Assembly (NCBI GenBank): GCA_963785235.1
Contig: CAWAUM010000005.1
Coordinates: forward strand, 288,001-352,000
DNA from: an uncultured delta proteobacterium
GTDB taxonomy: Bacteria > Desulfobacterota > Desulfomonilia > UBA1062
Reading direction: 5' to 3'
DNA length: 64,000 nucleotides
The notes under the pieces were generated by a model. It had not been told where the DNA came from. It did not search any database and saw nothing but the letters and a program-made list of their open reading frames with translations. This document shows, piece by piece, positions 1 through 10,918 of the stretch; position 1 is the stretch's first letter; every line of letters begins with the position of its first letter. The translations under genes were made by a program, and so were the position numbers.

Positions 1-553
1 TGTAGACGATGAGGCCATATATTATTCTTATGATGCGGGGAGGTTAGTGCAAGAGGATAGCGACTATGACCTCGACGGGACAGTTGATGAGGTCACTGAA
101 TATATATATGATCAATCAGGAAAGGTGATACAAGCCAATCACTACCCCAACAACCCCGATTGGGACAATCAGACAACATATTACTATTATGATGAATACG
201 GACACATAAAGCGCCAAGAAGAGGATTACAAGAACGACGGATTGATCGATTATATCAACCTCTACTATTACGATTCACAGGGCAGACCATATAGAGAGAT
301 CGATGATGACGTAAATGATTACCCGGAAACAGAATTTCAAGATGCTACCCGAACCTATTTTTATGATAATTGCTCAGGTAGTCAGAATGATGATCATGAT
401 GGATATTATTGTGATGGATACTATTACGATGACGATTGTTTCATATCAACTACCGCATCAGATCATCGCTTACCTCAGGGGATGTTCTTCCTTGTCCTTT
501 CAGGTATTGTGCTACTAGGGATCTCCCGTATTACGAATTACGAGAAAGCTTAG
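1..553 (+). CDS. Partial (5'-truncated) Asp/Tyr-rich repeat surface protein with C-terminal CFI-box-CTERM-like sorting segment
   Basis: Frame is open from base 2 (VDDEAIYYSYDAGRLVQED...). YD-like repeats with DxDxDG/DxxxDG loops (DYDLDGTVDE, DYKNDGLIDY); ends CFISTTAS + hydrophobic helix + basic residues. Confidence 0.7.
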   Translation, partial: VDDEAIYYSYDAGRLVQEDSDYDLDGTVDEVTEYIYDQSGKVIQANHYPNNPDWDNQTTYYYYDEYGHIKRQEEDYKNDGLIDYINLYYYDSQGRPYREIDDDVNDYPETEFQDATRTYFYDNCSGSQNDDHDGYYCDGYYYDDDCFISTTASDHRLPQGMFFLVLSGIVLLGISRITNYEKA

Positions 554-812
554 TAGCAAATAAATTCAGCAAGGATACTCATGTACAGGCAGGGCTATTC
601 GTGGCACTCTACTTAGATATCTCTTTCTTTCTAAGCTTCACCTTCATTTTTTACATCTCCTCTCTATCATCCTGATCATCCTGCATCATTTTCACTCCCA
701 ATATGAGACTTTTTTCTTAGTTCACGAATGAATATGGACATTGGGTAATAGATACAAACGTTATGTTGTGTTAAAGTCGGTAAAGAAATCAAACATCGGG
801 GAGGTTCTCATC

Positions 813-2048
813 ATGTGGGCATTAATGAAAGCGTACTACCGTACGTATCAGTTCGTTCAAGGTATGGGCATGAATTTTCTTCCCTGGATCGAACCCGAAA
901 TCATCCAGGGCTCTAACAGCATAATAAAACTTCCTCTGATCATCAGAAACAAAGGTATCAGAAGCGTTCTCATTGTTACCGATCCCGGCCTTATGGGCCT
1001 TCGTCTTCTCGATCCTCTCTTTGAGGCACTCAATTCAGCAGGCATAAAGTATTCACTCTACGACCAGGTGCAACCCAACCCTACAATCGAAAACATCGAA
1101 GCAGCTTTGAGAATCTATAATGAAAACAAGTGTAAAGCAATCATAGCCTTCGGCGGTGGATCACCCATGGATTGTGCAAAGGTTACTGGCGCACGGGTTG
1201 CCCGTCCGAATCGCTCGGTTACCAAGATGAGAGGTTTGTTCAAGGTAATACTTCCCGATTTTAAAATGGGATCTCTTTTCCCTCCGGTCCTTTTCGCAGT
1301 TCCCACAACGGCGGGTACAGGTTCAGAAACCACGATAGCAGCCGTGGTATCGAACACGCAAACGCATGAAAAATATCCGGTCAACGACCCTGTTATCCGT
1401 CCGAGATACGCGGTTCTTGACCCGGTGCTTACCGTCGGTCTTCCGCCTCACATCACCGCAACAACAGGCATGGATGCCTTGACACATGCAGTCGAGTCCT
1501 ACATCGGGAAATTCTATAACAGTGAAGCCACCCGTATGAAGGCTGTTCTGGCAGTGGAAATGATCTTCAACAATGTTGAAAAGGCTTACAATAACGGCAA
1601 AGATCTTGAGGCACGCGGGCAGATGCTCCTTGCTTCCTATTATGCAGGATTTTCATTCACGCGCGGCGGCGTCGGGTATGTTCACGGGATTGGTCATAAT
1701 CTGGGCGGCATGTACGGTGTTCCCCATGGTCTCGCAATGTCCGTTATCATGCCTTATGTTCTTGACTGGTACGGCGAGGCAGCGCACAAACCCCTGGCCG
1801 AACTTGCCGAGGTTGCCGGTGTTGCCAGGTTCGGCATGAGCCGGGCTCAGAAGGCCGGAGCCTTTATTGATGCGGTTAAAGCGCTGAACAGCAGATTGAA
1901 CATTCCGAACAAGTTTGACTGCATCAAGGATGAAGACATCCCGACAATCGCGCAGCGTGCATTGTATGAATGCAACCCCATGTATCCCGTTCCCAGGATC
2001 ATGGGCAAAGAGGATTGCATGGGGGTTATCAGATCGCTCAAGGCGTGA
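813..2048 (+). CDS. Iron-containing alcohol dehydrogenase
   Basis: GGGSPMD, PTTAGTGSE, GMDALTHAVE, HGIGH and PHGLA motifs; GGAGG RBS before ATG 813. Confidence 0.93.
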   Translation: MWALMKAYYRTYQFVQGMGMNFLPWIEPEIIQGSNSIIKLPLIIRNKGIRSVLIVTDPGLMGLRLLDPLFEALNSAGIKYSLYDQVQPNPTIENIEAALRIYNENKCKAIIAFGGGSPMDCAKVTGARVARPNRSVTKMRGLFKVILPDFKMGSLFPPVLFAVPTTAGTGSETTIAAVVSNTQTHEKYPVNDPVIRPRYAVLDPVLTVGLPPHITATTGMDALTHAVESYIGKFYNSEATRMKAVLAVEMIFNNVEKAYNNGKDLEARGQMLLASYYAGFSFTRGGVGYVHGIGHNLGGMYGVPHGLAMSVIMPYVLDWYGEAAHKPLAELAEVAGVARFGMSRAQKAGAFIDAVKALNSRLNIPNKFDCIKDEDIPTIAQRALYECNPMYPVPRIMGKEDCMGVIRSLKA

Positions 2049-2101
2049 GGTTGCCTCGGGAAATTATAATTTTGCTTGAGGTAAAGGACTGATCTTCCTG
2101 G

Positions 2102-2171
2102 CGTCATTCCCGCGAAGGCGGGAATCCAGTCATTTTGAAGATTCTGGGCCCCCGCCTTCGCGGGGGCGACG
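2102..2171. repeat. REP/dRS3-like palindrome doublet (inverted pair)
   Basis: CGTCATTCCCGCGAAGGCGGGAATCCAG (2102-2129) and a diverged inverted copy (2144-2171) between convergent genes. Confidence 0.8.
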
Positions 2172-2181
2172 GTCAAGGTGA

Positions 2182-3538
2182 TTATGCCGCGATGTAATTC
2201 TTCGCGATGTAATTCTTGATAAAGCTCTCCAGGTCGGATGCCTCTTCAGGCCCCACCATCACCTGCCAGCCGGGAAGGTTGTCTTCCAGTTCGCCGCTTA
2301 TCTGTGCCACATAGCCGGGTATAATGATCCGGCGCGTCTTCACCTGCGCCTCCAGGTTGGTCTCTTTGACGAATTTGGCTATGCCTGCGCGCTGAGAACT
2401 TGCCTGCGGCCCAGGCGGTGAGCACGCTCATGCCTTCGCATTCCGGCACGACCAGCCAGGCGCTGATGCCGCTGTTCTCGATTTCGCCTGTTACGATGAA
2501 ATAGGTCAGCGAGAAATTCGTGGTGACAAAGACAGGCGAATCAGGCGTGGGCTCGCCGATCGCGTACACCCTGGGCTCCACCTGGATGGGCTTCTGCGGG
2601 TCAGTATAGATGTTGAGCCGCAGCGTCAGCAGCGTTGCAAGCTGGGCGGCATTGAAGGACGGCAGGACGCAGATGCTCCCGTACTTGGTGATGTCCGTGA
2701 CCGCGGCAGTGGTATCGTCCAAGAGGGTGCCGGTATGGATGAAGTGCACAAAGGGGAATCCCAGCGGCTTGAAATTGTCCCTGATGGCCGAGCGCCTGGC
2801 TATGGTGTTGGTCTGGAGGTGCTCTGAAAGGGAGTACGTCTCCCAGTGGAGCAGGAGGTTGTGAAAGCCGTTTTCACGGTGCCTCGATGAGAGCGCTACC
2901 AGTGAATCCATGTCCGGGGCAGTGAGCGCCAGGGCATGGTCCTGTTCCCTGGCAAAGGGAGCGAGCACGTCGGCTGAGGGCGCATCCGGGGCGCAGAGTA
3001 TGCTGTGCGAGCCTTGGATGAGTAAGGCTGCATCGTGGATCGAACCTGCGGTTCTGCCGCGCAGGATCAGCGGCTTACCGGTTTTCTTCCAGGCCTTGGA
3101 GGCAAGTGCACAAAAGGCTGCTGCATCCTCGGAAAGCTGGGTTATGGACACCATGCCGATGGTCAGCGATTCGCCCACGCGTTCGAGCACGTAATCCCTG
3201 ATGGATGCAAGTGTCTGGTCGACCCCGGCAGAGTCATCCGTGTCGTTGATGTTGATGGCCAGGATGGTGGGGTTCACAAAGGTCTTGTCATGCCGGTACA
3301 GAACGGTCTCCCCGCCGGCAGTGAGCGCTTTGTCAGTGCCCAGCGCAATGGATTTTACCGGGGGTTCGTTGGCAAGCCCCAGGATGTGCTTGGCCTCGTC
3401 GGAGGCATACGGGCATTCTTTGATGTCCGCCTTTTTCGCAGCCAGTTTCATGGCAAAGGCCAGGCAGGTGTTCGACCCGCATTCCTTGCAGTTTGTCTGG
3501 GGCAGAAGCTTCTGTATCTGAAGGCCGCTCAATGCCAT
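2182..3538 (-). CDS. acsC: Corrinoid Fe-S protein large (gamma) subunit AcsC/CdhE; one frameshift near 2390
   Basis: MALSGLQIQKLLPQTNCKECGSNTCLAFA..CP [4Fe-4S] motif, IYTDPQKP, TTNFSLTYF, SVLTAWAAGKF; the C-terminus IIIPGYVAQISGELE..GPEEASD continues in a shifted frame to TAA at 2182. Confidence 0.92.
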
Positions 3539-3540
3539 TA

Positions 3541-6500
3541 TCATCTGTCTCCCATCCATCAGGCTCATAATGGTTTTCTTCAGCGACATCGGCAGCCTGG
3601 GGATTATACATGATCAGGATTGCAGCACCGGCATAGAGCAGGGAGGTGGCGGTTGAAAGCTCCCACAGCGCGGCGCGCTCGGCCAGGTCGCCCCATGCGG
3701 GGAAGTCCGATTCCGGGGCGCGCAGTTCCTTGATCTTGGCACACTCCTGGCCGGGCGAGACGATCATGGGGGAGGCCAGCATCCTGTCGCCGCCAAGACC
3801 GGTCAGGCGGATCCGCTCCATGACCGAGTAGGTGTATTCGATGCCGTAGCCGATGGCGCTGGTGACGGGATCCACAACGATCCGTTCGGTCGGGATATTC
3901 ATGTTGGTCAGCAGGATGTTCAGCTGTTTCCCTATATTCACGTCAATGGGGCTCTGGGCCACGATGGTGTGCCCATAGGCCAGGGCCGCACCCGCGATGG
4001 TGCGGTAATTATCCTGCTCCACCCAGTTCAGGAGGAGGTTTTCGCCCGCACACCCCCTGGCGATCTCTTTCATGACCTCGTTCATCTTGTCGTAGTGGTT
4101 GTGCCCGGTGATGATCAGCGGGACATCCACTGCGGCCAGCACCGATTTCACCACATCGAACGCCTCTTTGGGGGAGCGGTCGCCCTTCTCGGGGTGGGTC
4201 CCGTCGAGCCTTACGCTGATGAGGTCAGCGCCGTATTTTTCCACGCACACTTTTGCCATCTCGGCAGGGTTGTCAAGGAGACTGCCCCATATGGTGCGCA
4301 GGACCTGGGGGTATTTGGCGCTGACCTTGTCAAAGACCTCCAGCGCCACCAGCGGGGCGGTTTTTCATGGTGCCTTCCCAGAGGTGCAGCGGCATGGCCG
4401 TGTCCCCGCCGATGGTGCAGGTGCTGCCGCGCGTGCCGCCCTGGGCCTTTGTGGCGCCCAGCGTGATCTCGTACACGGCCTGCTCGCACGTCTCTTTCCT
4501 GAGCGGCACGGATTTTATGGCAGCTATGCGCTCCTGGGCGCTTGGTTTCACCTGGTTTAATTCTTCAATGGGAGATGAGGCAGGTTCTGATGTCACAGAT
4601 GGCGGTGAGGCCTTTTGCAGCACAGTCCCAAGAAACCTCTCGCTCAGGACCCCGATGATGTCATTGACGATCTCTTTGGTGAGAGTCTGCTTGATCTCGC
4701 CCTTGATCTCGTTGATGAGCGATGTCTTCATTTGTTCCAACTGATCAGAGGAAAAGGCCTGTGCCTGGGAGGCAGGTGCGGCGGTTGCTGGTTCATCTGC
4801 TGTGGGCTTTTCCTTGCGCATGGGCGTCGGCGTGCTTGTGAGTGGTGCATGGTCCTGTTTCGCCAGGTCCGCGATATCACCCATTTCCATGGCAGGGTGC
4901 TTCACCTTTTCCAGATAGGTTCTTATGTCCCTGGGTTCGATGGCAACGGTTTCATCCGGGATCATTTCGAGCAGGCCCGGTGCGCCCTGTTCCTCAAAGC
5001 GCCTGTTCAGGTCCTCGCCCAGCATCTTCTTCAAGCCCTTAGTCATCCACACAAGCCGCTTGTGGCCCCCTTCGGCAAAGAGGAATTTCCGGGAGGTGAG
5101 AAAGACCTTGCCGCAGCCCATGAAGCCCGGTGTCTGCTGGCCGCCGCCCACGCTGCCCGCCAGGGTGGAGAAGCTCATGCCCGCCGGGGTGTCTCCGGTA
5201 TATTCGCGGTTCACGGCCATGATCCCGTTGCATTCGGGCACATATGCGCAGATGACCTCGAAGCAGCCGCAGCTGGTCATGGGCCGGTCCATGATGGAGT
5301 AGGCGCAAACGGACTGAACAGTCTTGTGCGAGGAAAGGTACACGTATTCATCAACGCCCTTCCATACGCCGCGCACCGGATCGAGGCATTCGCCCTTTTT
5401 CACCGGCTGGTTGGGGCCGGTCTCATCGATCTCAAAGGCGGCCTTGGCGTCGAGCCAGTTGTAGGCGCCGCAGAGCCCGAGGCGTTCCGGGGTGACCACG
5501 CAGACGTGATTCGGTGCAAAGGACTGGCACAGCAGGCACGAGTAGAAGATGTCCACGTTCTCGTCCGTCATGGATTCCAGGCGGCGGTTGCGCTCCACAT
5601 AGGTGCCCCGCGCTTTTGCCAGGCGTTTCTCCACCTCGTCCTTGTCCGTGATCAGGGTGACTTTCACCTTGTCCACAATGGCAGGATAGTTTGAAAGCAG
5701 CTTTGCATGCAGGATCTCGCCGTAGTGCCGCAGGCGCAGGCCCTTTGCGAACCCGCCCTTGGATATGCGCGTCCACACGATGTCGCGCTGGCCCATGTGC
5801 CAGATGCCCTCGGCGCCGTTGATGAGGTGGTGGATCTGCCGCTCCAGGATGGCCTCGAAGTCCGTCTGCATCTTTCTGCCTGCCACCTCCACCCAGATGG
5901 CCAGGGGCAGTGCCGCGCCTTCGGCGACCTGGTCCATGTCCGTCCCGATGATCTCAATCTGGCCGTCTTCGATCTCGTCCATTTCCTTCTGGTCACGAAC
6001 TCAAAGGCAGGGGTGATGTTGCCGCCGAACTCGACCTGGGTGTCCTGTTTGCGGATGCGCTCCCCTTCAAAGGCCGGGCCGTAGGGGACCGGGATGGGGA
6101 CCTTTGTGATCTTGACCTTGCAGCCCCGTACTTCAAGAGCCCTTGTCCACCATGGTTTCATAGGGCACGTTCGAGACCACGTGCTCATAGGTGCAAATGC
6201 CCGTGGGCAGGATCTGGGGGATATCGGTGTCGGCAATGACCGGGAAGCCGTAATTGAGCGCCCCTGCCGCTGCGGCATACTTTTCCGGCATCCACCTCGC
6301 CGAAGGCCAGCACAAAGGCAAAGATGCGCTCCTTGTTGTATTTCAGGTTGGCCTTGAAATCGCCGGGCTTCACGTTGCCGAAGGAAAGGGCGGAGCGGTT
6401 GGCAAAGCCCAGGGCATAGATCAGCGCCGACACATCCCTGCCAAAGGGCACGAGCCTGGTCTCCCAGCCCATCTGGACGCCTTCTTCAGCAAGCTGTTCG

Positions 6501-7048
6501 GCAAACTGCTTGCCATTTGTTGCTCCTGCCATGAACACGTAGATGTTCTTTTCCTGGAGCTCCCGGGCGATCTTGACGGCTATCTCGTTGGTCGGGGCAG
6601 CGCCGGTAATGGCGGCAAACCCAGGCGCCGTGCCGTCCACGAACTCGATGCCGCGCTCGCGCATGATGACATCGCTGGCAGCACCCAGCCAGATTCCATG
6701 AACCGGATTCGGGCCTATGAGGTATTTGCAGGCCTCGATGATCTCGCAGGCGAACAACGTTGCCACGCCGGCATCGAGCGTATTGCCCAGGTAGGGCAGC
6801 CAGACCTTCTCGGAAGGCGGTGGGCTCAGCAGGGACTTTAGCACGCGCCAGGATGCGGCGCATATCGGAGAGTGTCTCAGCCTTCTCGCCGGTAAAGGAA
6901 TAGATCACGGGCAGATGATAGGCCGTATCCGGAAAGGCGACCGCGCATGCCTCGCCTTTGGCCGGATGGCCTCGTCCAGCTTGGCCTCGGCCCTGGCCAC
7001 CCATTCTATGGCGCCATTGATGGCGCTTGAGCAGATGAGCTTAGACAC
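3541..7048 (-). CDS. acsB: Acetyl-CoA synthase (AcsB/beta) apparently fused to CoFeSP small (AcsD/delta) subunit; about 8 frameshifts
   Basis: GTG 7048 (MSKLICSSAINGA..FPDTAYHLPVIY); A-cluster motifs CLLCQSFAPNHVC, GLCGA, TSCGCFE; same frame runs through a P/A/T linker into ITLGATKAQGGTRG..GGDTAMPLHLWEG (AcsD start); delta core GYGIEYTYSVMERIR at 3333-4349. Indels near 6960, 6840, 6290, 6140, 5985, 4355, 3590, 3550. Confidence 0.85.
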
Positions 7049-8994
7049 CGAGCTCTCTCCTGTCCTTCATATCCATGAGCTTCCGTATCAGCCTTCTTGT
7101 TGATGCCGAGCCTTTCGCGGCGTTCGTTGATGATCTGCAGGATGGCTGCCGCAGCCTCATGGGGGTCTTCATGGATGTGGAACGACGCCCCGAAGACTCT
7201 GTGCGGCGTCCTTGTTGAGGAATTGGCTCACATTTTTCGAACCGGAGATATAGAACGGGTTGCCCAGGATGACATCGATGCCTGAGGCGACGAAATAGCA
7301 GCCGATGGCAATGGCCTTTTCACTCATCCATTCCGGGGCAACGCCCACGACCGGAACGTCCGACAGGTCGTCTCCAAGGCCGCCTTCGGCCACGATCTCG
7401 GTTGCCGCCTCCAGGAGGCGGGAGTTGTCCACACAGCTCCCCATATGCAGCACCGGCGGCATGCCCACGGCCTCGCACACCTCCCGCAGGCCCTGGCCGG
7501 CAAACTCGAGGGCCGCTTCCGGCGTCAGGTTGCCCTGCTTGGCCGAGGCAATGGCGGCGCACCCGGTCTTCAGGACCAGGATGTTCTCCTTGAGCAGTTC
7601 TCTGGTAAGCGTGTTTATGTAGGAATCGAGTTTGGTCTTGGGGTTGTTGCACCCCACGATGCCCACCACCCCTTTGATGCGGCCCTGGATGATGGCGTCG
7701 TTGAGCGGCCTGAAGGAGGCGCGGTATGTGCCGCCCAGCATGTATTTGATGCTCTCCACGCTGAACCCTGCGATGAGGGGCTTCATGTGCTTGGGTATGG
7801 CCACCTTTTTCGGGTCGCGGTTCCTGTAATTGTCAATGGCCCGTTTCAAGAGATCTTTTGCAATATCATAGGCATGGTCGGTGTTGAACTCCGTGGATGT
7901 GGCGCCGATGGTCTTGGCTATGCTGCTGGTGGAGACGATTTCGGTATGATACGCCTTTGCCACGTCCGGCAGCGAGGGCATGCAGCACTGGACATCGATG
8001 AGCATCATCTCCACCGCGCCGGTGACAATGGCCAGTTCCTGCTGCAGGAAGTTGCCGGCCAAAGGGATGCCGTGGCGCATGAGGATCTCGTTGGCAGTGC
8101 AGCATATGCCGGCCAGAGTTATGCCTTGGGCGCCTGCCTTTTTTGCATAGTCCTTGATCTCAGGGTCTGTGGAGGCGGCGGCGAGCATCTCGGAAAGGGC
8201 CGGCTCGTGGCCATGGACCAGGACATTTACCGTGTGCTCGCCCAAGATGCCCAGGTTTGCATTGCTCCGCACCGGGGTGGGGGTGCCGAACAGCACATCG
8301 GAGACCATGGAGGCGATGCGCGAGCCCCCCCAGCCATCAGCAAGGGCCAGGCGGAAGGCATGCATGAGGATATTCCGGTAATCGTGGTCCACGCCCATGT
8401 GCGTGCGGTGCATGGCCTCCACGATCATGCGGTCGATGCCCTCGGGCTCCACATCCTTTTTCTGCCAGACGCCCTGGCGGGTAAGCGGGGCGAGCTTCAA
8501 GGTCCTGAGCTTGTCTTCCTGGGAGGTGTATTCACCTATGAGAAGTTCGGCGAGCTTGACTGCCAGCTCAGCCACAGGGATGTCCTGGTCATCGATGCCA
8601 TAAGAAGCTGCGATCTTCCGCAAGGCGTGTTCATCCTTGATGGCGTATCCGCCGCCCCTTGCCCAGGCCGATCTTCTTCAGGAGCAGCACAAGGTGCCGG
8701 CCATGGTCGGAATGGGCATGCTGAACCGCCTGCAACCTCGCGCAGGAAATTGCGGGCAACGATGGTGTCGGCATCGGCCCCGCATACGCCCAGCGGAGAT
8801 TTTGCCGTGATCCTGCAGGGGCCCATGTGGCAGATGCGGCAGCACAGGCCCTTGGTGCCGTAGGTGCACTGGTTCTTCTGCTGGTCCATGCGGAAGAAGC
8901 TCAGATCAACGCAGTCACGCTTGGCCTTTTCAATGGTTTCTATGGATGCCGGGTCGCATGCCCGGTCTTCCGGGAGTTTCGTGCTGTTATCCAT
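7041..8994 (-). CDS. cooS: Anaerobic Ni-Fe CO dehydrogenase catalytic subunit (AcsA/CooS); about 4 frameshifts
   Basis: CTYGTKGLCCRICHMGPC (D/B clusters), HGHEP, ICCTANE, GCNN, TGC, GSCVD, WMSEKA; ends LMDMKDRRELGV*, overlapping the acsB start. Confidence 0.93.
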
Positions 8995-9766
8995 GATTCA
9001 TTTCTCCTGCAGATCCAGTTGCGAGATAAACTCCGGAAATCTCGGCCAGCACCGGATTGGCCATACTCAGTTCCTGAATGCTCTGGCCCTTCTCGGCCGC
9101 AATGGCCAGCTCGCTGTCAAAGGGCAGCATGAGCTGATAATCAGGCTGCAACCCCTGCAGCATTGTCAGATCCGGCTGAGATCCGTTTCTCACAAGGTTT
9201 ACCACAACCGCCAGGCGCTCGTATACAATTCCCATCTCCCCGGCAAGATCATACAGGCGTCTGATGGTTTGAATTCCCCGCTTTGAAGGATCGCCAACGA
9301 TGATGAGAAGGTTGATCTCCTGATAGAGTCTCCGTGACAGGTTTTCCAGACCGGCCTCGTTATCGATGACGATAAAGGGGTAATGGCTGGAGAGCTCCTT
9401 GATGCAGTCGCCAAAGAGGTTGTTGGCGTAGCAGTAGCAGCCGGGGCCTTCGGGGCGTCCCATGGCGATGAGGTCGAAGTTTTCCGCCTCCACAAGGCTT
9501 CGGCCGATCCGCAGCTCCACGAGTTCACGCTTGGAAACGCCTGTCGGCTGATTGTCGCCTGCCTTGCGGCTCTCTTCCCGGATCTGGCCCACGGTTTTTT
9601 TGACCTCCACGCCAAGCACCTCATCAAGGCAGGAGTTGGGGTCGGCATCCACGGCAAGGACCGGCTTATAGCCTTTGTTGATAAGGCTCTTGATGATTGC
9701 GGCGGCAATGGTGGTCTTTCCGGTTCCGCCCTTACCGGTGATCGCTATGGTATACCTTTTCGTCAA
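8987..9766 (-). CDS. cooC: CooC/AcsF-family nickel-insertion ATPase
   Basis: GKGGTGKTT, DADPN, GPGCYC, DNEAGLENLSR; overlaps the CODH start. Confidence 0.92.
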   Translation of the reverse strand: MTKRYTIAITGKGGTGKTTIAAAIIKSLINKGYKPVLAVDADPNSCLDEVLGVEVKKTVGQIREESRKAGDNQPTGVSKRELVELRIGRSLVEAENFDLIAMGRPEGPGCYCYANNLFGDCIKELSSHYPFIVIDNEAGLENLSRRLYQEINLLIIVGDPSKRGIQTIRRLYDLAGEMGIVYERLAVVVNLVRNGSQPDLTMLQGLQPDYQLMLPFDSELAIAAEKGQSIQELSMANPVLAEISGVYLATGSAGEMNHG

Positions 9767-9781
9767 GACTGCACAAACCTG

Positions 9782-10858
9782 CTAGAGCCCGAATTGGTCA
9801 CGGACATGTCGGGAGAGTTCTTTCAGCATGGTAAAAACCATCTCTGCATCGCTCACGGCAAGCGAACCGGTGCCGCAGGACGGCGTAATGAGTGATTGAT
9901 CAAGGAGTTGACTTTTGTCGATGCCCGCCTTTGCACAGAGATTGTCAATGACCTTGGAGAAGCGTTCCATGAGAGAACCAACACTCTGCTCACGGATGAC
10001 AGTGGAGGTGGGGACGATCCCCCAGGCGATGAGTCCGCCATCAGTGATAAACTTATGGAGTGCCTCGGGATACAATGCAATGGTCTCGCCGTAGCTGAAG
10101 GCATCGAGGTTGATCAGGTCAACGCCTGCATCCATGAGAATGGTCCAGTCCGTATTCCCGCAGCAGTGTACACCGGCAATGGCGTTTTCGGCATGGATGG
10201 CATCTGCCACTTCGCCGATGAGGGCAACAACTTCCTCGCGCCTTACCGAGATGTAGGTCGACGAACCGAAGGCGGAAAGGATGGGCTCATCGATGAAGCA
10301 GATAACCTTGTCCGCATAGGCCCTGAACTTCTGGATCTGCCAGCAGCATTTCATGGCCAGGGCCTTGACGATTGTATCGCGGAATTCTTCATTGTAATAG
10401 ATGGCGCGTTTGTTCTCATCCACCACGGTCAGGGCGAAAGAGCAGGGCCCTGTAGTCTGTACCTTTATGAATGGATATGTGCTGCCCTTAACCTTCAGCC
10501 GTTCTTCAAAGCCGTAAAGCCCTTTTGAAAAATCGCTGCTGATGGCCATGGATGAGCAGTCCCGGTTGCCGCTGTCCGGATCAAGGGCAGCCATGTAGGC
10601 TTCGTAGAAGAGGGCGAACTCCTCGGAATAATCACCTGAGGTATCAAAATACAATCGGCCTTTCTCATGATCGATGACCGCTCGGGGCATGCCTTCAGAA
10701 AACTGTATCTCCATCTGCTCATTGAGTGATAGCTTGGGCAGCTGCGGCCACACAGGGGCATGGCTCAAGGCATCGAACACGATATCCAGGGCCTTTCCCG
10801 GTTCACTGTGGGGAAAGCTTCCAATGGCGGTTGCTATGCACTTTGTCTTGATGGTCAT
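9782..10858 (-). CDS. Core (single-barrel, folate-independent) methionine synthase, MesB-like
   Basis: 358 aa; ATAIGSFPH, IDEP, Zn-ligand HCCG and ITPSCG motifs of the MetE catalytic domain without the N-terminal barrel; sits inside the acs operon. Confidence 0.8.
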   Translation of the reverse strand: MTIKTKCIATAIGSFPHSEPGKALDIVFDALSHAPVWPQLPKLSLNEQMEIQFSEGMPRAVIDHEKGRLYFDTSGDYSEEFALFYEAYMAALDPDSGNRDCSSMAISSDFSKGLYGFEERLKVKGSTYPFIKVQTTGPCSFALTVVDENKRAIYYNEEFRDTIVKALAMKCCWQIQKFRAYADKVICFIDEPILSAFGSSTYISVRREEVVALIGEVADAIHAENAIAGVHCCGNTDWTILMDAGVDLINLDAFSYGETIALYPEALHKFITDGGLIAWGIVPTSTVIREQSVGSLMERFSKVIDNLCAKAGIDKSQLLDQSLITPSCGTGSLAVSDAEMVFTMLKELSRHVRDQFGL

Positions 10859-10918
10859 TTCACTATCTTTCTTTCCTACGAAACACGTTTAAGGTTCGGG
10901 GTCAAATTATATCTAAAA

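Noticed and set aside
3538-3600. Triple AcsB-AcsD-AcsC fusion (delta C-terminus MSLKKTIMSLMDGRQMI reads into AcsC)
   Set aside because: Removing one G from the GGG run gives ...MDGDR* followed by a well-spaced GGAG RBS and the canonical AcsC start, so a homopolymer error is more likely.
4400-4470. GATxxxGGTR motif as evidence of an archaeal origin for the delta subunit
   Set aside because: As I recall, the same motif occurs in bacterial AcsD (e.g. Moorella), so it is not diagnostic without a phylogeny.
7445-8863. Long antisense ORFs (also 4615-5694, 11794-12909, 13713-14501)
   Set aside because: Shadows of GC-rich codon-biased genes on the opposite strand; no motifs.
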